Source of the DNA: Desulfobulbaceae bacterium
GTDB taxonomy: Bacteria; Desulfobacterota; Desulfobulbia; Desulfobulbales; Desulfobulbaceae
DNA: 59,654 bases
NCBI GenBank assembly: GCA_030613515.1
Contig: JAUWLT010000001.1
Coordinates: forward strand, 1 to 59,654
Reading direction: 5' to 3'
The position numbers were made by a program, and so were the translations under genes. Every line of letters starts with the position of its first letter. Position 1 is the first letter of the stretch. Positions 18,926 to 28,559 of this stretch are shown here, piece after piece. The notes under the pieces were generated by a model that saw only the letters and a list, made by a program, of their open reading frames with translations, was not told the DNA's origin and made no database searches.

Positions 18926-19372
18926 TTACATCCTGCTGCCGCCGTGATGTCTGCCGTAGCGCATCATAGGACCATCACCCATTCTTCCCATTCCCATCAT
19001 CAAGCCTGCCGGCAGTCCGGCAGCTCTTGCCTTTGTTCTTAGCTGCTCACGCAGATCAAAGAGTTCGCCTGCCAGTTGTGACGCCTTTGCCGGATCCGGT
19101 GTGGTACTGCTCATTACAGCACGCTTTGCCGCCCTTTTTTTAGCCATATTCTTTCTCAGTTCAGTCGTTTCAGACAAAAAAGTGTCGTGGGCTTTTAGTG
19201 TTGCCTCATCAAAGGATTGTTGACCCTGGCCGAAGCAGGGATTCTGAAAGCCGGGGCCACCCCCTCTCATTGAACCAGGGCCGGCAGTGGCAGCCTGCAG
19301 CCCACCAAATGCCAGGGCAGTGGTAACAGCAGCTGCAATAATGATTTTTTTCGTTTTGTTTTTTGCACTCAT
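18926..19372 (-). CDS. periplasmic ZraP/Spy/CpxP-family metal-stress chaperone-like protein
   Basis: Signal peptide, helical repeats, ...SSTTPDPAKASQLAGELFDLREQLRTKARAAGLP..., then a Gly/Met/His tail (GMGRMGDGPMMRYGRHHGG). This runs parallel to E. coli ZraP. Confidence 0.7.
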   Translation of the reverse strand: MSAKNKTKKIIIAAAVTTALAFGGLQAATAGPGSMRGGGPGFQNPCFGQGQQSFDEATLKAHDTFLSETTELRKNMAKKRAAKRAVMSSTTPDPAKASQLAGELFDLREQLRTKARAAGLPAGLMMGMGRMGDGPMMRYGRHHGGSRM

Positions 19373-19412
19373 TGGAATATCCTCCGTGTCTAATTGTTGT
19401 TATTTTCATTAA

Positions 19413-19429
19413 AGCCAAGATCATGCCAG
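19413..19429 (-). promoter_or_regulatory. sigma54 (-24/-12) promoter of the zraP-like gene
   Basis: The minus strand reads CTGGCATGATCTTGGCT: GG-N10-GC spacing, with TGGCAT-N5-TGGC against the consensus TGGCAC-N5-TTGC. It lies about 40 nt upstream of a GGAGG RBS and the ATG at 19372. Confidence 0.6.
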
Positions 19430-19555
19430 TTTGGAGAAGTCTGTATAATTTGCTGTAATATAATGATATAATGAATAATCATGTATTGTTCTTATTAGAT
19501 TGGCTTGTGAGTCAATCTGAAACCGGGTATTTTTTATCCAGCTGAAAACTGCAGG

Positions 19556-19572
19556 TGGGTATTTATTACCCA
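19556..19572. promoter_or_regulatory. palindromic candidate enhancer (UAS) site TGGGTA-N5-TACCCA
   Basis: A perfect 6-N5-6 palindrome about 135 bp upstream of the sigma54 -24 element. Related copies: GGGTATTTTTTATCC (~19524-19538) and TTATTACCCA (~19614-19623). Confidence 0.35.
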
Positions 19573-19747
19573 GCCCGGTGGATTTTTTTTTGCGGTTATC
19601 CAAAAATCAGCTTTTATTACCCATGATGCCTTCGTAAAAAGTCTTTGTGGAGCGCTATCAGAGCCGGAAGCTCGTCAAAGCAGAACAAAGGCTATTGACG
19701 AACTTGTCACCCGTTGATAACGGAACTGTTTTTGCAACAAATCAAGT

Positions 19748-21571
19748 ATGACCCGAACTATACGCTCACGATTTTTCTTTGTTTCCCCCTGGCTGCTTGC
19801 CGCAGCCACAGGCCTGCTTATCCTGATCGTGGTGACTTTTACCCTCAGTAACGTGCAGCGGGAAAAACAATTGATGACCGATGCCATGTTGCAGAAAGGA
19901 GCCACCTTGATGCGGGTTGTCGGCTCCGGTGCCCGTTCCGCCCACATGGCTGACCTGCATCGAGGGGGCTGGAATACTAATACATGGGATAAGTATGTGC
20001 AGCGTGTCATCAACCATTTATCTGAAGATCCTGGTGTACGCTTTTTGATGGTGGTCGACAATCAGAGCAGGGTTGTGGCCCATACTGACAGTAAAATGAT
20101 CGGTACTGTTTTAAAAAAACGGCCTGAATCTATCGAGACTGCCAAAGTAGAAAACAAACCCGGACTTGTTTACCATATAAAAACCGTTGATGGGTATGGC
20201 CGAACTTTTCTTATTACCCGGCCCTTTATGCCGTTTCGCCCGCCAATGCCGTTCATGCACCTGTACAATCGGTCACACCGTGAGAGCAGACGAAATTCCC
20301 CTTCCCCCGATATGTTGAAAAATCGCAATCGATTTTACAGAGAAATGCACAGCAGCAATATTTTTTATTCCGCTGTTGTCGGTCTTGATATGAAGAAGTA
20401 TGACAACGCTCTGCAACATTTGCGTTTCCAGGCATTTATGTTATCGCTGGCCATGCTGTTGGTTGGTCTCGGCGGCTGGCTCTCCCTTGCTGCCGTTCAG
20501 GGATATCGGCTGTCCCAGAAGGCGTTGTCTGATATCCAGGCGTTTACCGGCCTGCTTGTTTCCCGCCTGCCGGTGGGAATTATTGCCACGGATCAGCAGG
20601 GAAGGGTGAGCACCTGGAATCAGGCGGCAGCAGACATGACATCCATTTCCAGTCAACAGGCATTGGGAAAAGTGGTCCAGAAATACCTGCCCACGGAACT
20701 TACTGCATTTTTTTCACCGGATTCTGATTCGTTTGAACCAGAGGCGGAATCTAAGGGCAGGGAAATCAGGTTGATCATCAACGACTGTGAGATGGTTCTT
20801 CACTGTCAGCGCATTGATCTCCGGGATCCGGAAGAAAAATATATGGGCCGGGTGCTGTTGCTCTCTGATATTACACGCTTAAAAGATCTGGAATCTGAGA
20901 TGCGTGAAAATGAGCGGTTGGCTGCCGTGGGTAGGATGGCAGCCGGGGTTGCCCATGAGGTGCGCAACCCGCTCAGTTCAATCAAGGGGCTTGCCCTGTT
21001 GCTTAAAGGTACGTTTTCCGAGGAGAGCAGGGAGTTTGAAACCACAGGGCTGCTGATCCAAGAGGTTGAGCGCATGAATCGTACCATCTCCGAACTGCTC
21101 AGCTTTGCCCGGCCGGCGTCCCTTGATCTGCAACAAGTGGATGTTCAAGAACTGCTCTCTGAAACCCTGGAGTTAGTTGCAGCAGATACGGCCAGCGAGC
21201 ATATTCAGACTAATCTGCACTGTGACCATGACCTGCCGATGGTATTGGCTGATAGAGATCGACTCAGCCAGGTCTTTATCAATATTCTGCTCAACGGGGT
21301 ACAGGCAATGGAACAGGGAGGAACCCTGGAGATTATCGCCCGTAAATCCAGTTCCGGCAAACAGGTTGAGCTGCAGTTCAGAGACTCGGGAAAAGGGATA
21401 CAACCAGAACACCTGTCCCAACTGTTTTTCCCCTATTTTACCACCAAGAGAGGGGGAACCGGTATTGGTCTTGCCATTTCCCAGAAAATTATTGTTGATC
21501 ATGGCGGTACCATCAGGGTGGAAAGCGAGCCGGGCAAGGGAACAACGGTGTTTGTTCTGCTACCGGTGTAA
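19748..21571 (+). CDS. membrane sensor histidine kinase (ZraS/NtrB-like: periplasmic domain - PAS - HisKA - HATPase)
   Basis: Two TM segments flank a ~190-aa extracytoplasmic region. PAS: GIIATDQQGRVSTWN. H-box HEVRNPLSSIKG; N and G boxes (NILLNGVQA, DSGKGI, GGTGIGLAIS). Confidence 0.85.
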   Translation: MTRTIRSRFFFVSPWLLAAATGLLILIVVTFTLSNVQREKQLMTDAMLQKGATLMRVVGSGARSAHMADLHRGGWNTNTWDKYVQRVINHLSEDPGVRFLMVVDNQSRVVAHTDSKMIGTVLKKRPESIETAKVENKPGLVYHIKTVDGYGRTFLITRPFMPFRPPMPFMHLYNRSHRESRRNSPSPDMLKNRNRFYREMHSSNIFYSAVVGLDMKKYDNALQHLRFQAFMLSLAMLLVGLGGWLSLAAVQGYRLSQKALSDIQAFTGLLVSRLPVGIIATDQQGRVSTWNQAAADMTSISSQQALGKVVQKYLPTELTAFFSPDSDSFEPEAESKGREIRLIINDCEMVLHCQRIDLRDPEEKYMGRVLLLSDITRLKDLESEMRENERLAAVGRMAAGVAHEVRNPLSSIKGLALLLKGTFSEESREFETTGLLIQEVERMNRTISELLSFARPASLDLQQVDVQELLSETLELVAADTASEHIQTNLHCDHDLPMVLADRDRLSQVFINILLNGVQAMEQGGTLEIIARKSSSGKQVELQFRDSGKGIQPEHLSQLFFPYFTTKRGGTGIGLAISQKIIVDHGGTIRVESEPGKGTTVFVLLPV

Positions 21572-21576
21572 TAAGC

Positions 21577-21591
21577 ATTGAACCACGGATG
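21577..21591. repeat. copy of the ATTGAACCACGGATG repeat motif
   Basis: The 15-mer is identical to 55190-55204. It lies just after the kinase stop codon. Confidence 0.6.
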
Positions 21592-21640
21592 GCCACGGGT
21601 AACAAAACCGTAATCCATGTTAATCTGTGAAAAGCTGTTG

Positions 21641-22432
21641 TTAAGGAATACAGGTCTGCACGCTTGAACTGGTGATGTATACATCAAAACGAATTGTCTT
21701 GCCGGTAAGGGAATGGGAAGGGGATCTACTCGCGAAACAGGGAGCCCTGAGAGGGCGCTTAACCACCACTCTTTTGGCTGCTGTTGCCAGTGCTGCTGTC
21801 AGGAGATGTTCAGGAGAAGATTCACAGGTTACCAGCATCTGCAGCATCTGAAGTTCTTTTTTTACCCGGGCTGATTTTCGCCGCTCGGGAAACATGGGGT
21901 CCAAATAGACGACATCCACCCTCTGTCCGCTTCGTTGTATTTCCAGGAGAGCATAAACAGTATCACAGGCTGTCAACCGGATACGTTGGGCGATTTTTGT
22001 TGTTGCAGGATGGACAAGGGCACGCTTCAGGCCATCAGCAAGCAGGGCGGCTACAACCGGTTCCCGTTCAAATATCTGTACCCGGCATCCTGCAGCAGCC
22101 ATGATAAAGCTATCCCTGCCCATGCCGCCGGTCCCATCGACAACAGTAGGCGGCGCGCCTCCCTTGAAGCCTATAGCCCGAACCAGCATTTCCTGTTTTT
22201 GCTGTTGTCTGCGAAACGCGGCCTTTCCCCTGGTGAACTCAACCCTGACCGGTCCGGCAAGGTTGGGGTCACCCTGTTTAACGAGCTCAAGCCCCTTGCC
22301 GGTGTACCTCAGCAGCATATGGTATTGATCTCCCGGCCCGGCCATTGGCAGGTCAAGTTCGGCAGCCAGTTTTTCAGCCTCTGCAATCCGTGCCGGGTCA
22401 AGGGCTGCGACAGCAATATCAGGGTTCAACAT
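21641..22432 (-). CDS. rsmJ: 16S rRNA (guanine1516-N2)-methyltransferase RsmJ
   Basis: VVDGTGGMGRDSFIMAAAGCRVQIFEREPVVAALLADGL, VVYLDPMFPERRKSARVKKE, KRVVVKRP and RFDVY all run parallel to E. coli RsmJ (YhiQ). Confidence 0.88.
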   Translation of the reverse strand: MLNPDIAVAALDPARIAEAEKLAAELDLPMAGPGDQYHMLLRYTGKGLELVKQGDPNLAGPVRVEFTRGKAAFRRQQQKQEMLVRAIGFKGGAPPTVVDGTGGMGRDSFIMAAAGCRVQIFEREPVVAALLADGLKRALVHPATTKIAQRIRLTACDTVYALLEIQRSGQRVDVVYLDPMFPERRKSARVKKELQMLQMLVTCESSPEHLLTAALATAAKRVVVKRPLRAPCFASRSPSHSLTGKTIRFDVYITSSSVQTCIP

Positions 22433-22524
22433 TACAGGGGAATCTCCTGTTGTAAAGGGAGCCTGATTATCTTTGTGCGTTGATATTTCATGACGTGCAA
22501 TGTATCATGAAAAGATAAAAAAAG

Positions 22525-22633
22525 GTAACTGTTCAGGAGCACACCATCTCTGCACGGTCAGGCTGACTCACATAGGTATTACTATAGTTTGCAAGCCTGC
22601 CTGCACAGATATGGGGCACTCCTGAACAGTTAC
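22525..22633. repeat. long inverted repeat / hairpin upstream of kdsB
   Basis: 15-bp perfect arms, GTAACTGTTCAGGAG (22525-22539) with 22619-22633, and partial pairing continuing inward. The interior is 79 nt. Confidence 0.6.
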
Positions 22634-22703
22634 AGTCCCGTTGTATTGCCAATTTTTTGCATCCAACAGCACAGTTACAAAAAAGGCAACTTAAGGAAGA
22701 TTA

Positions 22704-23474
22704 ATGAGTGAACCTGATTCCAGGGTGATAGCGGTTATTCCAGCCCGTTACCATTCCAATCGTTTTGAAGGAAAGCCGCTGGCCCTGATTAATGGCAAAC
22801 CCATGATCCAGCATGTTGTTGAGCGAGCCATGCAGGTAAAGCTGCTGTCCAGGGTTGTGGTGGCAACTGATGATGACCTCATTGCCGAAGCGGTTACCTC
22901 ATTTGGGGGAGAGGTGGTCATGACCCGGCCTGATCATGCCTCGGGTACGGATCGGCTGGCCGAGGCTGCGGAGCTGTTGAACATTGAAGAGCATGATGTT
23001 GTCGTCAACATCCAAGGTGACCAGCCGTTGTTTCCGGTAGAAGTTGTTGAACAGGTTGCAGGCCCTCTGCTTGGTGATCCGGCCCTGCCCATGGCCACCC
23101 TTATCTACAAGATCATCCGGCCGGAAGAGATCAACGATCCCAACCATGTCAAGACCGTGTTTGACTGCAACGGTAATGCACTTTATTTTTCGCGCTCACC
23201 TATACCTTTCCAGCGTAATCCTGAAGAGTCTATCCAGCCGACCTATTATAAACACCTTGGTTTTTATGCCTATCGCAAGGGATTTCTGCTTACCTTTGTG
23301 GCTCTGCCGGAAGGGGAGTGGGAACGGTTTGAAAAGCTTGAACAGTTACGGGCTCTGGAGTATGGCTATACTATTCGGGTTGTACTGACTGAGCATGATT
23401 CCATTGAAGTTGATACTCCACAAGACGCGAAACGGGTGGAAGAAATCATACGTAACCAATCACTGGGTTCATAA
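22704..23474 (+). CDS. kdsB: 3-deoxy-manno-octulosonate cytidylyltransferase (CMP-Kdo synthetase)
   Basis: IAVIPARYHSNRFEGKPLALINGKPMIQHV..., NIQGDQP; 256 aa. Confidence 0.93.
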   Translation: MSEPDSRVIAVIPARYHSNRFEGKPLALINGKPMIQHVVERAMQVKLLSRVVVATDDDLIAEAVTSFGGEVVMTRPDHASGTDRLAEAAELLNIEEHDVVVNIQGDQPLFPVEVVEQVAGPLLGDPALPMATLIYKIIRPEEINDPNHVKTVFDCNGNALYFSRSPIPFQRNPEESIQPTYYKHLGFYAYRKGFLLTFVALPEGEWERFEKLEQLRALEYGYTIRVVLTEHDSIEVDTPQDAKRVEEIIRNQSLGS

Positions 23475-23518
23475 CACTGTGTTATTGCGACCTTACTGAC
23501 CAATTCAGGAGGAATACA

Positions 23519-24445
23519 ATGAAGAAAAAAATCACCATTATTGGTGCCGGCAATGTCGGTGCCACTGCTGCCCATTGGGCTCTGGCCCGTAAACTTGGCA
23601 ATATCGTGCTGCTTGATATCATGGAGGGGATCCCCCAGGGCAAGGCGCTTGATCTCTGGCAGTCCGGACCGCTGGATTCCTATGCCGGCACTGTAATCGG
23701 ATCCAATGATTATGCTGATTCAGCGGATTCAGACGTGGTTATCATCTCCGCAGGCCTGGCCCGTAAACCCGGCATGTCCCGTGATGATCTGCTGGCAAAA
23801 AACGTGGCCATTGTCAAGTCCTGTGCGGAAGAAGCGGTCAAGCACTCGCCCAACTGTTTTATGATTGTAGTCACCAATCCCATTGACGCCATGGTCCACA
23901 CCGCGTTCAAGGTTTCCGGACTTGATAAGAGCCGGATTGTCGGCATGGCAGGAGTCCTTGATACAGCCCGTTACCGGACGTTTTTAGCCGATGCCGTCGG
24001 AGTGGCACCGGCCGATGTCAATGCCCTGGTCATGGGGATTCACGGCGATAAGATGCTGCCTATGGTCAGACTGGCTAATGTGGGCGGAGTTCCGATCACA
24101 GAACTGCTGACAGAGGAGAAGATTGCAGAGATTGTCAAGCGGACCCAAGTGGGCGGGATGGAGATCGTCAATCATTTAAAGACCGGCAGCGCCTTTTTCA
24201 CACCCGGTCTGGCAGCTGTTGAAATGGCGGAAGCCGTACTGAATGACAGCAAACGGGTCATGCCTTGCGCCGCCTATCTTGAAGGTGAATTTGGTATTTC
24301 CGGCTATTTTCTTGGTGTTCCGGTTGTGTTAGGCGATAAGGGTGTGGAACGGATCCTTGAATTTGAGCTTACAGAAGACGAAAAAGCTGCACTTGAAGAT
24401 TCTGTGGCGGCTGTATCAAAACAAATGGAAGCTACAGGATTGTAA
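23519..24445 (+). CDS. mdh: malate dehydrogenase (LDH-like family)
   Basis: MKKKITIIGAGNVGATAA..., GLARKPGMSRDDL, and the active-site IHGD; 308 aa. Confidence 0.92.
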   Translation: MKKKITIIGAGNVGATAAHWALARKLGNIVLLDIMEGIPQGKALDLWQSGPLDSYAGTVIGSNDYADSADSDVVIISAGLARKPGMSRDDLLAKNVAIVKSCAEEAVKHSPNCFMIVVTNPIDAMVHTAFKVSGLDKSRIVGMAGVLDTARYRTFLADAVGVAPADVNALVMGIHGDKMLPMVRLANVGGVPITELLTEEKIAEIVKRTQVGGMEIVNHLKTGSAFFTPGLAAVEMAEAVLNDSKRVMPCAAYLEGEFGISGYFLGVPVVLGDKGVERILEFELTEDEKAALEDSVAAVSKQMEATGL

Positions 24446-24508
24446 GTGGTTAGGCTGGAATAAGCAGTTTCAAAAATGATTTTTTCTGCCTGACAACGGA
24501 CTCTGTAG

Positions 24509-26863
24509 ATGGTGAGCAATGAGACAAAGTCCCTGCAGCAACTGCTGCAGGGACTCACTAAAAAAAAGCTCAGCCCCCTGGATTTTCTAGCCAAGGGCAG
24601 CGTGACGGAACGGGTTATCTCCCTTGTTCTTGGAGAAGCAGTTCCACCAGGAGCTCTCGGTCTCAACAGAGAATGGCAGCAATTGAGCGCCGGCCTGCGC
24701 GATTTTGATGTAAGTGATCTCACTGTTGTCGTCTTCGGTGGTGGCACCGGCCTGTCCAACATTGTCGGAGGTGATTCCAGACGCCCTGGGTGGCGGCACA
24801 CGCCATTTACCGGTTTGAAAGAAGTTTTTCCAAACCTGCATTCCATTGTCTGCGTCACCGATGACGGCGGCTCAACCGGTGAAATACTGAAGGATTTTCC
24901 CCTGGTTCCCCTGGGAGACCTTCGCCATGTTCTGCTTTCCTCCATCCGCAAAACAACCCTTAAAAATAAATTCCAGCTTGATGATCAGGCAGCCTGTGGT
25001 GTTGCTAGCGGGCTGCACACCCTTTTTAATTATCGGTTTATCTCTCCTCCTGCCTCTGCAGAGCAACTGCTGGCAGACAGTACGACCGATCTGGATCTGT
25101 TTCCTGAGTCTCTGGCCGATTATCTATGTGAACTGGTAAACCGTCTGTTTGGTGATCAATGTATGACCCGGGCCTTGAAGCGGCCTCAGTGCCTGGGCAA
25201 CCTGCTCCTGGCTGCTGCCATCTATACGAATCTGCCTTCCTCTCTTGCTGCGATTGAGCCCGCAACAAGCCGGAAACAGGTCCAGGCGGCAACCATGAAG
25301 GGGCTTTCCGAGCTCTCCCTGGCCATTGGTGCAGAGTCTAAGTCCGTGCTTCCCTGTACAACAACCTCTGCCCAGCTCCAGGTGCTGTATGCAAATGGTG
25401 TCCTGGTGACCGGTGAGTGCAAGTCAGGTTCAGCCAGCCGAGGTTATCCGGTGGGTCGCGCACTGGTCGAATTCTCAGATGATCCCCTGCTGCCGGACGA
25501 AGTCGTTGAACTTATCCGCGAGGCTGATGTCATTATCATGGCACCGGGCAGCCTCTACTCCTCGATCATCCCGATTCTGCAGGTTCCGGGACTTGCCGAC
25601 CTGATCCGGCAAAACAAGACCGCTCTGAAGCTGCTGGTTGCAAACATCTGGGTGCAAAAGGGTGAAACTGATGCCACCCGAGATGCTCCTGAGCGAAAGT
25701 TTCATGTTTCAGACCTTATTCTTGCCTATGATCACAATATTTCCGGCGGCATTCAGGGGTTGTTTTCCCACGTTTTAACTTTGGATCTGGCAGATATTCC
25801 GGGCTCGGTACTGCAGAACTATGCCATTGAAGAAAAAGAACCGATCTACCTCGATCACAGTCGGGTGCGGGAACTCGGTCTTGAACCCGTAGAAGCATAC
25901 ATCTTTTCACGGGAACTTCTCCAGCAGCGAAACGTTATCCAGCACGACCCGGTTTCGCTTTCCCTTGTCGTACAGGTATTGTGTGGATTGCGTACAGGCG
26001 GATTCCTCTCTATACCGGCAGACAATGAACTGCTGCCGTTTTCCAGGAAATTTTCTGCCAATGTCCGTAGCGATCACATGATTCCGTGCCTGCGCTATGA
26101 GGAGATACGAAGAAAGCTTGAGACAATTGATTTTAAGCTTCTCGCTTTGAAATCCAGTCATGCACAAGATATGGCAGCCGATGCCCGGCTGCGTATATTT
26201 GAGCGTATTGTCGAGATAATCTGGCGTCACCCGGACATTCATCCGGATCATCTTAAATTTGTTTCCGGTGTATGCCTGATCGACACCAACTGCTGGAAAC
26301 GATGCCAGGAATGGGATAATGTTTTTTCTTTTTATGATCCAGCAGACGGATATGTTAAGATTCGCCGGGATCAGTCGGAGGATCCCAATCGGTTGGAGAT
26401 GGCCTTCCTGGTCGGCCTGGGTCAGTCCCTGCTGGGCAACTATGCCGAGGAAAAACGGCTGGAAGACGTATCCTTCCAAGGCGACAATGTGGGCCGGATC
26501 TACTGTCTGACCGTCAGGGAGGAGCATCGGCTTGCCTGTTTTTTCTCAGCAGCGGAACTTGATGTCTTCCTGAAGCTATGCCGGATGTACCCCTCACGGG
26601 AGCAGGAACGACTCTATGCCCGTTTGGTGAATGGAGAAGAGGGATTCACGCCGCCTGGTCTTCTGTTCGGACTTGTTTTTGCCTGGTACCTGGACAATCG
26701 GTTTGCCCCCAACATTGATTACAAGATGTCAATTATGAAGCATGAGTTATCCTATCTGATCCCGGAACAGGTCAGGATCGTCGGCAGACGTGAGCAGCTG
26801 ATTCGTTTTTTCAGAGAAAATGTTTTCGGTCGGCATTTGCCGCAGATCAGGTTATCAGCCTGA
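24509..26863 (+). CDS. YvcK/CofD-family (UPF0052) protein with an insertion and an uncharacterised ~285-aa C-terminal extension
   Basis: VVVFGGGTGLS, VCVTDDGGSTGEIL, PLGDLRHVL and IIMAPGSLYSSIIPIL match YvcK motifs. It is 784 aa against about 320 aa for canonical YvcK. I recognise nothing in residues ~500-784. Confidence 0.7.
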   Translation: MVSNETKSLQQLLQGLTKKKLSPLDFLAKGSVTERVISLVLGEAVPPGALGLNREWQQLSAGLRDFDVSDLTVVVFGGGTGLSNIVGGDSRRPGWRHTPFTGLKEVFPNLHSIVCVTDDGGSTGEILKDFPLVPLGDLRHVLLSSIRKTTLKNKFQLDDQAACGVASGLHTLFNYRFISPPASAEQLLADSTTDLDLFPESLADYLCELVNRLFGDQCMTRALKRPQCLGNLLLAAAIYTNLPSSLAAIEPATSRKQVQAATMKGLSELSLAIGAESKSVLPCTTTSAQLQVLYANGVLVTGECKSGSASRGYPVGRALVEFSDDPLLPDEVVELIREADVIIMAPGSLYSSIIPILQVPGLADLIRQNKTALKLLVANIWVQKGETDATRDAPERKFHVSDLILAYDHNISGGIQGLFSHVLTLDLADIPGSVLQNYAIEEKEPIYLDHSRVRELGLEPVEAYIFSRELLQQRNVIQHDPVSLSLVVQVLCGLRTGGFLSIPADNELLPFSRKFSANVRSDHMIPCLRYEEIRRKLETIDFKLLALKSSHAQDMAADARLRIFERIVEIIWRHPDIHPDHLKFVSGVCLIDTNCWKRCQEWDNVFSFYDPADGYVKIRRDQSEDPNRLEMAFLVGLGQSLLGNYAEEKRLEDVSFQGDNVGRIYCLTVREEHRLACFFSAAELDVFLKLCRMYPSREQERLYARLVNGEEGFTPPGLLFGLVFAWYLDNRFAPNIDYKMSIMKHELSYLIPEQVRIVGRREQLIRFFRENVFGRHLPQIRLSA

Positions 26864-26865
26864 TC

Positions 26866-28557
26866 ATGACCTCCAACACAACAAATACAATTGCCTCAGG
26901 AAACGGAAAGCCTCTACTCGATAGACAGGCAGCACAAGAGAACACCCGGATTGAGGAGCTGAACAGGAAGCTTTCCCGCGAGATCAGCCTACGGAAATCA
27001 ATGGAAGAATCGCAACCAAATGCGCTCCAGGAATGGCAATCTATCTTTGACGCCCTCAATGAACCGGTCATTATTCTGGATAAGGACCGTACTGCAGTCA
27101 AGGCTAATCAAGCTGCCTGTGAACTCCTATCCTCAGAAAATGAAGATATTATCGGTCAGAAATGTTACCAGCTTTTTCTTGGTAGACCTTCTCCCTGCAC
27201 AGACTGTTCGCTGCAGTCTGTGGATCTAAACTGCAGAAGATATGAGATGGAGGTAGAAGGCCGTTTTTCAGGCAAGATCCTTCGGGTTACCTGCGCCCCG
27301 GTGTTCCAGGGAACAGAGCTGGTCGGCTATGTCCATTCCGCTCTTGATATCAGCCACCAGCGAAATCTGGAAAAGCAACTGGCCTGGGCACAAAAAATGG
27401 AGGCTATCGCCACTCTGGCCGGAGGAATTGCCCATGATTTTAATAATATTTTAGGCGTAATTCTGGGCAATTCCGACCTGCTCCTCTACCGTCTGCCTGA
27501 CAGTTGCAGTCAGATAAACGGAGACCAGGGTCAACTGGGTGTTGGGGATATTAAAGACCATCTTACCGCAATTCAGAAAGCCGGTCTGAGGGCCAAAGAC
27601 CTGGTGAGCCAGATTCTTGCCTTTAGCAGACAAACTGCAACCAGTCGCAGGGAAGTTATCATCACCCCGGTGGTCAAGGAGGTCGTAAAACTGCTCCAAT
27701 CGTCCCTGCCTGCAACCATTGAACTGCATGCTGAGTTTGCCGGGGATATCGGCTATATTTTTGCCGACCCCACCCAAGTTCATCAAGTCCTGATGAATCT
27801 CTGTACCAATGCTGTTGATGCCCTTAATAATCAGTATGGCCGGATTGAAATTTCTTTGCATGAGACAAAAATCGGTTCCAGGAAGAAGCCATCCTTTGAA
27901 CTGAAAAATGGTGAATACGTTGTACTCTCTGTGCGCGATAATGGTATCGGCATGACCGACGATATCATGGAGCGAATATTTGACCCTTTTTTTACCACTC
28001 GCGAGGTGGGCGAGGGAACAGGAATGGGACTGGCAGTCCTGCATGGTATTGTCACGGCCCATAATGGTATCATTGATGTCCGCTCGGAGCCGGGTAAAGG
28101 GTCTATTTTTACGATTTACTTTCCTAAAATAGTGGTCCGGGAAAACAGCAGCGAAAAAGATTCGCTGATCAATCTGCCCATAGGTTCGGAGACCATTATT
28201 TTTGCCGATGATGAGGAAGATATTGTAAAAATGTATACCGAAATGTTAGAATATTTAGGGTATACAGTCATTCCGGCTGCTAACGGTGAACAGGTGCTCT
28301 CGTACCTGGAAAACCATTTGCAGGAGGTCGACCTGGTCATTACGGATCAGACTATGCCACAAATGACCGGCCTTGAACTTGCGGACAAAATTCACGGTCT
28401 GCGCAGTGACCTGCCGGTTATTCTCTGTTCAGGATACAGCGAAACAGTTTTTGATAAAGCGACCAGGCAGGCTGGAATTAATAAATTTCTTGCCAAACCC
28501 CTGAAGATGAAAGATCTTGCTGTAACGATTCACCAAGTTTTTTTCGAGACTAAGTAG
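26866..28557 (+). CDS. cytoplasmic PAS - HisKA - HATPase - REC hybrid histidine kinase
   Basis: No TM segment. The PAS domain has a Cys cluster (PSPCTDCS). H-box GIAHDFNNILG; DNGIGM and GTGMGLAV; receiver DLVITDQTMPQMTG. It starts 2 nt after the upstream stop. Confidence 0.88.
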   Translation: MTSNTTNTIASGNGKPLLDRQAAQENTRIEELNRKLSREISLRKSMEESQPNALQEWQSIFDALNEPVIILDKDRTAVKANQAACELLSSENEDIIGQKCYQLFLGRPSPCTDCSLQSVDLNCRRYEMEVEGRFSGKILRVTCAPVFQGTELVGYVHSALDISHQRNLEKQLAWAQKMEAIATLAGGIAHDFNNILGVILGNSDLLLYRLPDSCSQINGDQGQLGVGDIKDHLTAIQKAGLRAKDLVSQILAFSRQTATSRREVIITPVVKEVVKLLQSSLPATIELHAEFAGDIGYIFADPTQVHQVLMNLCTNAVDALNNQYGRIEISLHETKIGSRKKPSFELKNGEYVVLSVRDNGIGMTDDIMERIFDPFFTTREVGEGTGMGLAVLHGIVTAHNGIIDVRSEPGKGSIFTIYFPKIVVRENSSEKDSLINLPIGSETIIFADDEEDIVKMYTEMLEYLGYTVIPAANGEQVLSYLENHLQEVDLVITDQTMPQMTGLELADKIHGLRSDLPVILCSGYSETVFDKATRQAGINKFLAKPLKMKDLAVTIHQVFFETK

Positions 28558-28559
28558 AT

